From sequence record PZ386978.1: DNA of 64,000 nucleotides. One strand, given 5' to 3'. Source of the DNA: a phage. This document shows, in pieces, positions 58,994 to 64,000 of this stretch. Below the pieces are notes generated by a model. That model ran no database searches and was not told where the DNA came from. It saw nothing but the letters and a program-made list of their open reading frames with translations. The position numbers and the translations under genes are program-made. The stretch's first letter is position 1. Each line of letters starts with the position of its first letter.

Positions 58994-59136
58994 AATTATC
59001 TTTGTAGATAAGTTATTAAGCTTACCTGTGAGTATGCGACCACAAAGGGTGAAGGGTAAATTCTAGATTTAAACCCAAAAAGGCACATCGCTACAGACCT
59101 TAAGCAAGTCTGGGTAGCTTATCTACAAAGATAATT
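58994..59136 (+). repeat. 19 bp perfect inverted repeat enclosing ~105 nt
   Basis: AATTATCTTTGTAGATAAG at 58994-59012 and its exact reverse complement CTTATCTACAAAGATAATT at 59118-59136. Confidence 0.6.
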
Positions 59137-59140
59137 TAAT

Positions 59141-59213
59141 GGAAGTGTAGCAGAATGGTGATGCGGCAGACTTTTAATCTGACAGGCGATGGGTTCGAAT
59201 CCCTCCACTTCTA
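59141..59213 (+). tRNA. tRNA-Lys (anticodon UUU)
   Basis: Acceptor GGAAGTG/CACTTCT, anticodon loop CTTTTAA, T-loop TTCGAAT, CCA encoded; paralogue of tRNA at 60730. Confidence 0.6.
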
Positions 59214-59220
59214 CCAATAT

Positions 59221-59294
59221 GGTTCAGTCGCAGATAAGGTAATGCAAGGGTCTCATAAGCCCTATGAATGTGGGTTCGATTCCCATCTGAACCT
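59221..59294 (+). tRNA. tRNA-Met family, second copy (anticodon CAU)
   Basis: Acceptor GGTTCAG/CTGAACC, anticodon stem AGGGT/GCCCT with loop CTCATAA, T-loop TTCGATT, CCA encoded. Confidence 0.65.
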
Positions 59295-59298
59295 CCAA

Positions 59299-59371
59299 GC
59301 TGGTATAGTTAAGAAGGTTATAACACTCCCCTGATAAGGGAACATCGGTGGTTCGATTCCACCTACCAGTA
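59299..59371 (+). tRNA. tRNA-Ile (anticodon GAU)
   Basis: Acceptor GCTGGTA/TACCAGT, D-stem GTTA/TAAC, anticodon loop CTGATAA, T-arm GGTGGTTCGATTCCACC, CCA encoded. Confidence 0.7.
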
Positions 59372-59389
59372 CCAATTTCAATAAAGTTG

Positions 59390-59418
59390 TTGACATTGAG
59401 ATGTGACTACTTTATAGT
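59390..59418 (+). promoter_or_regulatory. sigma70-like promoter inside tRNA cluster
   Basis: TTGACA 59390-59395, 17 nt spacer, TATAGT 59413-59418. Confidence 0.55.
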
Positions 59419-59622
59419 AACCTTAGTTTTCGTTGCGTAGCGTCTATTTTGCAAATTTAAAATAAATGCAAACGACAATGTTTTTCTGGCAGTAGCTTGA
59501 TAGGCTAAACACCAGTGAGGTCTTCCAATCCCTCATCAAAGAATTTGGCGTACTAGCCCACGGTATGATTAATAAGGTGGGCATCTTTAAGGGCTTTCTA
59601 AGAGAGTCTTTAAAGATAATTA

Positions 59623-59701
59623 CGGGGCGTATCTCAGCTGTCTTCTAAACAGCCGTTAATCGAGTAAGTGGAGTATGCGGGTTCGAGTCCTGCCGCCTCG
59701 A
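59623..59701 (+). ncRNA. atypical tRNA-like gene (acceptor + T-arm + anticodon-like hairpin with loop CTTCTAA; no recognisable D-arm)
   Basis: Acceptor CGGGGCG/CGCCTCG, T-arm GCGGGTTCGAGTCCTGC, hairpin GCTGT-CTTCTAA-ACAGC (would read UCU, Arg), 22 nt extra segment, CCA encoded. Confidence 0.4.
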
Positions 59702-59718
59702 CCAATTTTGGAGAAATC

Positions 59719-60066
59719 ATGAAAACTTGTATTAGGTGCAAACTCAGCAAGGATGAAAATGATTTCTACATGAAAGATGGTAGGAGAACTCATTCATACT
59801 GTAAAAAGTGTGTTAATGAGCAAACCATAGAAAGACAAAGAGCACTTAAACTCTCAGCTATTGAGTACAAAGGTGGGGTTTGTCACGATTGTGGTAAAAA
59901 GTATCATCCAGCAGTGTATGACTTCCATCATTTGAATCCTTCAGATAAAGATTTTAACATTGGTCATAGGAAAAGCCTTAAGTTCTCTCAAGAACTAAAA
60001 GATGAACTTGACAAATGTGTTTTGCTATGTTCAAATTGCCATAGGGTAAGACATGCAAAGTATTAG
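59719..60066 (+). CDS. HNH endonuclease within tRNA cluster
   Basis: Start at MKTCIRCK with GGAG SD (track start 59668 overlaps the upstream tRNA-like gene); zinc-finger cysteines and HNH core DFHHLNP...CSNCHRVRH. Confidence 0.7.
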   Translation: MKTCIRCKLSKDENDFYMKDGRRTHSYCKKCVNEQTIERQRALKLSAIEYKGGVCHDCGKKYHPAVYDFHHLNPSDKDFNIGHRKSLKFSQELKDELDKCVLLCSNCHRVRHAKY

Positions 60067-60203
60067 TTAGCAGATTACTTAGACGACCTTAGCGGGTCTC
60101 CGTGTAGGGAGGTGGTCTGTATCTCATGTTTTCCAGAACATGTAAATAATCTGAGAAGGGGCTTTACAGTGTTGAGATAATACGGTAAGCTTCGAATTAT
60201 AGT

Positions 60204-60283
60204 GTGGGACGATGTTAAGACTCTAAGGCATGAGCAACGGCCTCCAAAACCGTTTCAAAGGGGTTCAACTCCTCCGTCCCATG
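60204..60283 (+). tRNA. tRNA-Trp (anticodon CCA), 5' boundary uncertain
   Basis: Anticodon loop CTCCAAA, T-loop TTCAACT, acceptor GTGGGAC/GTCCCAT, CCA encoded; D-region longer than canonical. Confidence 0.5.
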
Positions 60284-60299
60284 CCAAAGTCTTATTAGG

Positions 60300-60387
60300 G
60301 GTAGGTAGCGGCTAATGGCAGCCAAACAGTCTTGAAAACTGTTGCCACTGTAGAGATACGGTGAGGGTTCGACTCCTTTACTTACCG
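60300..60387 (+). tRNA. tRNA-Ser (anticodon UGA), long variable arm
   Basis: 88 nt; acceptor GGTAGGT/ACTTACC, anticodon stem ACAGT/ACTGT with loop CTTGAAA, long variable arm, T-loop TTCGACT. Confidence 0.65.
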
Positions 60388-60644
60388 CCTAATAAGATTT
60401 AAAGCCAAGCTTCATTCGGATGTTGCTTTGGTATCACTCGTGTATTGTCGTACACACTGATAAAACACTTAGTAGGTGTCACGGAGAAGAGATAATATCA
60501 AGCTCTCCAAAGGTTCTAGTCACCGGATTAAACAAGACTATGCAAAGACCTTTTTAGGTCTTTTTAGAGGGCTTCTAAGGTTATTACAGCTTGTTGTGGA
60601 ACCTTGTTGCTTAGGTTCTTAGAAGTTCTCTAAAAAGATTTAAT

Positions 60645-60719
60645 GGGAGATTGATGGTAATTGGTAAACCTATCTCGCTTAGAACGAGATGTTTGAGGGT
60701 TCGAATCCCTTGTCTCCTA
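60645..60719 (+). tRNA. tRNA with anticodon UAG (Leu by anticodon) but short variable arm
   Basis: Anticodon stem TCTCG/CGAGA with loop CTTAGAA, T-arm GAGGGTTCGAATCCCTT, acceptor GGGAGAT/GTCTCCT, CCA encoded; 5 nt variable loop. Confidence 0.5.
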
Positions 60720-60729
60720 CCAAATTAAT

Positions 60730-60802
60730 GCAGGTGTAGCAAAATGGTTATGCGGCTGACTCTTAATCAGTAAGACGATGGGTTCAATTCCCTCCACCTG
60801 TA
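60730..60802 (+). tRNA. tRNA-Lys (anticodon CUU)
   Basis: Acceptor GCAGGTG/CACCTGT, anticodon loop CTCTTAA, T-loop TTCAATT, CCA encoded. Confidence 0.6.
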
Positions 60803-60811
60803 CCAGACATT

Positions 60812-60884
60812 GGGGTCATAGTTTATATGGTTAAAATTCGAGTTTTGCAAACTTGGGAACTGAGTTCAATTCTCAGTGACTCCA
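60812..60884 (+). tRNA. tRNA-Ala (anticodon UGC)
   Basis: Acceptor GGGGTCA/TGACTCC, anticodon loop TTTGCAA, T-arm CTGAGTTCAATTCTCAG, CCA encoded. Confidence 0.65.
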
Positions 60885-60893
60885 CCAATTAGT

Positions 60894-60965
60894 GCATCCA
60901 TAGTTTAAACGGGAAAATTACAGTCTTCCAAACTGAGGTTGAGGGTTCGATTCCCTCTGGATGCT
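60894..60965 (+). tRNA. tRNA-Gly (anticodon UCC)
   Basis: Acceptor GCATCCA/TGGATGC, anticodon loop CTTCCAA, T-arm GAGGGTTCGATTCCCTC, CCA encoded. Confidence 0.7.
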
Positions 60966-60975
60966 CCAAATTAAT

Positions 60976-61048
60976 GCTCCTATCGTATAATCGGCTATTA
61001 CGGTTGCCTTGTAAGCAACTTATCAGGGTTCGAATCCTTGTGGGAGCA
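60976..61048 (+). tRNA. tRNA-Thr (anticodon UGU)
   Basis: Acceptor GCTCCTA/TGGGAGC, anticodon stem GTTGC/GCAAC with loop CTTGTAA, T-loop TTCGAAT, CCA encoded. Confidence 0.7.
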
Positions 61049-61054
61049 CCAATT

Positions 61055-61143
61055 CAGAGGTCAAGTGAAAGACCGCTGGTGTCAACTGAAGACCGTAACA
61101 AATTCCACGGAGTTGAGTTAGCGGCACAACTTCAGACCTCTTT
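61055..61143 (+). ncRNA. large hairpin element between tRNAs
   Basis: Outer stem CAGAGGTC / GACCTCTT enclosing ~75 nt that contains CTGAAGACCGTAACAA (related to the CAGAAGACC elements) and inner stem TGAAG/CTTCA. Confidence 0.35.
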
Positions 61144-61146
61144 CAT

Positions 61147-61218
61147 ACTCGCTTAGTTTATATGGTAAAACATCACCCTTACAAGATGAAGAAAAAGGTT
61201 CAAGTCCTTTAGTGAGTA
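61147..61218 (+). tRNA. tRNA-Val (anticodon UAC)
   Basis: Acceptor ACTCGCT/AGTGAGT, D-stem GTTT/AAAC, anticodon loop CTTACAA, T-arm AAAGGTTCAAGTCCTTT, CCA encoded. Confidence 0.65.
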
Positions 61219-61222
61219 CCAT

Positions 61223-61297
61223 GTTCCAGTATCCCAATTGGCAGAGGATGCAAGCTCAAACCTTGTATTAGTGACGGTTCGAATCCGTCTTGGAACA
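61223..61297 (+). tRNA. tRNA with anticodon CAA (Leu by anticodon) but short variable arm
   Basis: Acceptor GTTCCAG/TTGGAAC, anticodon stem GCAAG/CTTGT with loop CTCAAAC, T-arm GACGGTTCGAATCCGTC, 75 nt, CCA encoded. Confidence 0.5.
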
Positions 61298-61305
61298 CCA
61301 ATTTT

Positions 61306-61378
61306 GCAGGATTAGTTCAAATGGATAGAGCAACAGTCTACGAAACTGTTAATAGGGGTTCGAATCCCTTATCCTGCG
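61306..61378 (+). tRNA. tRNA-Arg (anticodon ACG)
   Basis: Acceptor GCAGGAT/ATCCTGC, anticodon stem ACAGT/ACTGT with loop CTACGAA, T-loop TTCGAAT, CCA encoded. Confidence 0.7.
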
Positions 61379-61399
61379 CCAGATAAGCAAGAGGAATTT

Positions 61400-61642
61400 A
61401 TGCAAACATTAACCGTCGTTGAACATGAAAATTCCAATAGTATTGAGTTTGTAAGGGTTCCCACTATAGATACCCACATTTTCTTAAAAGTCGGATGGGA
61501 ATGCGACCCAATAAAAGTAGAAAGATTTATTGGTCATTGCTTTGGTGGAAGACAACTTAAAAGTGTCAATTTTGAGACAATGTTGCCAGAAAGCTCAGAA
61601 ACAAATAATAATGCTTACCTCCTTACGAGGGTTAGACAATGA
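61400..61642 (+). CDS. hypothetical protein within tRNA cluster
   Basis: 80 aa ORF between tRNA genes; coding status uncertain. Confidence 0.3.
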   Translation: MQTLTVVEHENSNSIEFVRVPTIDTHIFLKVGWECDPIKVERFIGHCFGGRQLKSVNFETMLPESSETNNNAYLLTRVRQ

Positions 61643-62196
61643 GATACTTAAAATATGCTTCATGGATTTTCTTAGCTTTACTAGACCCAATTGCAGCAAT
61701 CCTAGCAGTTATCTTAGCACCTTTCGTAGTTCCATTCTACAGTGAGAAGAAAGGGCATCTACCTTTTGGATTCAGATGGATGGAGACCTATGACAACCCA
61801 ATTGATGGTGACGAAGGTCACGTTAAAAGATGGGCTAAGATTAGAAAGATTGGTAAGCTAGGTGTCTACATGCAGAGAGTCGGATGGCTATGGAGAAACA
61901 AAGCTTATAACTTCTCTTACCATGTATTAGGAAGAGATGTAAAAGATGTCACTAAGTGGAAAGGTAATATCAACGTAAGTTCTGACCCTGAAGATAATCA
62001 GACAGGTTATCTCCTAATGTGGAACAACAATGCTTGGGGATTATTTGCTTTTATTCCGTCAATTAAAGTCTTTGGTAAACAGTTTTACTGGAGAATTTAT
62101 GTTGGATGGAAACTAAAAAGTGTTGTCCCAGAAGAAAGAGCATTCTCAAGGGAAAGAGTTATGTTGGCATTCTTTATTCATCCACTGAGAAAGTAA
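61639..62196 (+). CDS. hypothetical membrane protein within tRNA cluster
   Basis: 185 aa; N-terminal hydrophobic helices IFLALLDPIAAILAVILAPFVVPF; Trp-rich. Confidence 0.45.
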   Translation: MRYLKYASWIFLALLDPIAAILAVILAPFVVPFYSEKKGHLPFGFRWMETYDNPIDGDEGHVKRWAKIRKIGKLGVYMQRVGWLWRNKAYNFSYHVLGRDVKDVTKWKGNINVSSDPEDNQTGYLLMWNNNAWGLFAFIPSIKVFGKQFYWRIYVGWKLKSVVPEERAFSRERVMLAFFIHPLRK

Positions 62197-62204
62197 AGAT
62201 TTAA

Positions 62205-62277
62205 AGGGGATTAGTTTACAAGGTTAAAACCTCGGTCTTTGAAATCGAAGAAGTTGGTTCAATTCCAACATCCCCCG
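62205..62277 (+). tRNA. tRNA-Gln (anticodon UUG)
   Basis: D-stem GTTT/AAAC, anticodon loop CTTTGAA, T-arm GTTGGTTCAATTCCAAC, acceptor 3' ATCCCCC, CCA encoded. Confidence 0.65.
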
Positions 62278-62282
62278 CCAAT

Positions 62283-62358
62283 GCTCCATTACTCCAATTG
62301 GCAGAGAGGCCAGACTTAAAATCTGTGTTATGTATCGGTTCGAATCCGATATGGAGTA
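62283..62358 (+). tRNA. tRNA with anticodon UAA (Leu by anticodon) but short variable arm
   Basis: Acceptor GCTCCAT/ATGGAGT, anticodon loop CTTAAAA, T-arm ATCGGTTCGAATCCGAT, 76 nt, CCA encoded. Confidence 0.5.
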
Positions 62359-62366
62359 CCAAATTT

Positions 62367-62439
62367 AGCGGTATAGCATAACTGGCAATGCAACAGTCTC
62401 TGAAGCTGTCCTATTAAGGTTCAAATCCTTATGCCGCTG
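62367..62439 (+). tRNA. tRNA-Gln (anticodon CUG)
   Basis: Acceptor AGCGGTA/TGCCGCT, D-stem GCAT/ATGC, anticodon loop CTCTGAA, T-arm TAAGGTTCAAATCCTTA, CCA encoded. Confidence 0.65.
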
Positions 62440-62473
62440 CCACTTCTAAGGGTTCTTACGAGAGTCCTTAAAT

Positions 62474-62546
62474 GTGGCCTTATCATAAATGGTAATGACC
62501 CATGCTGTGAACATGGTCTATACGGGTTCAAATCCCGTAGGTCACC
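62474..62546 (+). tRNA. tRNA-His (anticodon GUG)
   Basis: Acceptor GTGGCCT/AGGTCAC, D-stem TCAT/ATGA, anticodon stem CCATG/CATGG with loop CTGTGAA, discriminator C, CCA encoded. Confidence 0.7.
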
Positions 62547-62554
62547 CCAATTTA

Positions 62555-62629
62555 TAGTCCAAGTAGCTTATATGGTTAAAGCGCGTGTCTGAAAAACATG
62601 AGAAGAGGGTTCAAATCCCACTGGACTAC
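62555..62629 (+). tRNA. tRNA-Phe (anticodon GAA)
   Basis: Acceptor TAGTCCA/TGGACTA, anticodon loop CTGAAAA, T-loop TTCAAAT. Confidence 0.65.
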
Positions 62630-62647
62630 CAATTTCAAAGGTGCTTA

Positions 62648-63382
62648 ATGAAAGAGATGACAGAACAAGGTAAGGAGATTTTTAATCTCTTAAAAACCGG
62701 TAAAGGGTTTTCTAACCCACTTATTACTGGTGCAGCAGTTCTCGGTGGAACCGTAGCTGCCTCTACATCACTTGTAAGCTCTATTAGCTCTGTAACAGAC
62801 CCTACAATGAAGGAGAAGCTTGTTGCTGCTGGACTTACAACAGTCCTTCTAAACAGTTTTACAACCAGCCTTACAAGCACTACAGCAACTACTAAGACCC
62901 TAACAGACTATGGTCAAAAGTCTATTGATGAGTTTTCATCACGTATGCAGGTAGCAAAGGGCTATTCCAATGTTATGGGTGCAGCAGGAGAACAAGTTGG
63001 TTGTACACCATTTAGTGGTATTATGGGTGTTGCTACAGAATATGGTCAAAAAGCTATTGACATGATGAACAGTACACTAGATAGTGTTAACGGTGTATTA
63101 AGTGACTTACAAGACGCTATTGACAAGGGTCTTGATACCGTTTCTGATTTAGCTAACCAAGCTGTTAGCAAGATTAATGAAGGTATCTCAAAGATTACAG
63201 CTTATGCAGATGAAGTTGTGCAGATGATTGAAGAAGAAGCTGCCCTTATTGCAGAGTACCTTAAAACGAATATCAATGGGTTCTTAGCAGGTATCTTACC
63301 AGATTGGTTTGATGATGCTTGTAAAACTGGTGTGATTGACACTATTGCAACACCAGAAATGAAGAACGCATTACAGAAATAA
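62648..63382 (+). CDS. hypothetical Ser/Thr-rich protein with hydrophobic segment
   Basis: Start at MKEMTEQ (track start 62585 overlaps tRNA-Phe); segment PLITGAAVLGGTVAASTSLVSSISSV. Confidence 0.45.
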   Translation: MKEMTEQGKEIFNLLKTGKGFSNPLITGAAVLGGTVAASTSLVSSISSVTDPTMKEKLVAAGLTTVLLNSFTTSLTSTTATTKTLTDYGQKSIDEFSSRMQVAKGYSNVMGAAGEQVGCTPFSGIMGVATEYGQKAIDMMNSTLDSVNGVLSDLQDAIDKGLDTVSDLANQAVSKINEGISKITAYADEVVQMIEEEAALIAEYLKTNINGFLAGILPDWFDDACKTGVIDTIATPEMKNALQK

Positions 63383-63383
63383 T

Positions 63384-63473
63384 GGAAGATTAACCCTAAA
63401 AGGTAAGGGAGCAGTTTGCTAAACTGCCAGTAGCTGAGAAATCGGTGTACCAGTTCAAGTCTGGTATCTTCCT
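63384..63473 (+). tRNA. tRNA-Ser (anticodon GCU), long variable arm
   Basis: 90 nt; acceptor GGAAGAT/ATCTTCC, anticodon stem GCAGT/ACTGC with loop TTGCTAA, long variable arm, T-arm ACCAGTTCAAGTCTGGT, CCA encoded. Confidence 0.7.
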
Positions 63474-63480
63474 CCAATTT

Positions 63481-63553
63481 GAATCCGTGACAGAAATGGC
63501 TATGTGCCTGTCTGCAAAACAGGTTTATAAGGGTTCGAGTCCCTTCGGATTCT
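63481..63553 (+). tRNA. tRNA-Cys (anticodon GCA)
   Basis: Acceptor GAATCCG/CGGATTC, anticodon stem CCTGT/ACAGG with loop CTGCAAA, T-arm AAGGGTTCGAGTCCCTT, CCA encoded. Confidence 0.7.
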
Positions 63554-63593
63554 CCAAGTTATTTTACTCTCTCTCAATTAAAATAATAATAAT

Positions 63594-63653
63594 GCCCTGC
63601 TATAAGTATTCTTCCTTTCGCTACCGAAGAGTATTTTTAGACAGGGCTTTTTT
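63594..63653 (+). terminator. intrinsic terminator closing the tRNA cluster
   Basis: Long hairpin GCCCTG...CAGGGC followed by TTTTTT. Confidence 0.55.
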
Positions 63654-63778
63654 ACAGAGTTATACTTTATAGGAAGACTTATACAGTATGTCTCTGACGT
63701 ACATTGTGGTTTCTCCTTGACGGTCTCTGTACCGTCTTTTTTAAGGGGAAACAAGATTTATTATTTGGAGAAAACATA

Positions 63779-63979
63779 ATGAGCGAGAACGTTTATAAAG
63801 AACTTTATGAAGCTAACAAGAAGTTAGAGTTTATGCAGAATACTATCATGGCAATTGCAGATAGATTATCTGTAGCAACAGGTATTGATATTAAAGAAGC
63901 ATCTATGGATGCACTTCTTGATGCTGTTGATGCAAAGTTCGAAGTTAAGAAAGAAGAGACTGCTACAGACTCTGAATAA
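63779..63979 (+). CDS. hypothetical small protein
   Basis: Start at MSENVYKELYE with GGAG SD (track start 63704). Confidence 0.4.
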   Translation: MSENVYKELYEANKKLEFMQNTIMAIADRLSVATGIDIKEASMDALLDAVDAKFEVKKEETATDSE

Positions 63980-64000
63980 TTCTATTTGCGGAGGCGCTTA

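Noticed and set aside
60974-61156. 60 aa plus-strand ORF in the supplied track
   Set aside because: Overlaps tRNA-Thr and the adjacent hairpin element; no start context; better explained as RNA genes

Overview
This window reads as a segment of a virulent, AT-rich tailed dsDNA phage genome. It has three strand blocks: minus-strand genes at 1-7871 (family A DNA polymerase, ATP-dependent DNA ligase, an HNH-AP2 endonuclease), a long plus-strand block at 8129-45560 (dNMP kinase, T7-like primase-helicase, flap endonuclease, NrdA/NrdB/glutaredoxin, an intron-split NrdD plus NrdG, a PRPP-synthetase-like plus NAMPT-like pair, rIIA/rIIB, a macro-domain-like protein and a repeat-punctuated array of 15 small ORFs), a 1.7 kb ORF-free repeat-dense region, a minus-strand block at 47299-55556 (GH24 endolysin, Ig-repeat protein), then a plus-strand region at 55949-63979 with a vWA-domain protein and about 27 tRNA genes interspersed with an HNH endonuclease gene, small ORFs and conserved structured elements. 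The most interesting candidates are the NAD+ reconstitution-like gene pair, the small-gene cassette array with conserved hairpin/leader repeats, the YTGTTAR repeat field at the convergent junction, the nrdD group I intron and the non-tRNA structured repeats inside the tRNA cluster. All calls rest on reading motifs by eye from the sequence and ORF translations; no searches or folding were run, so coordinates of RNA features and all functional names are provisional.
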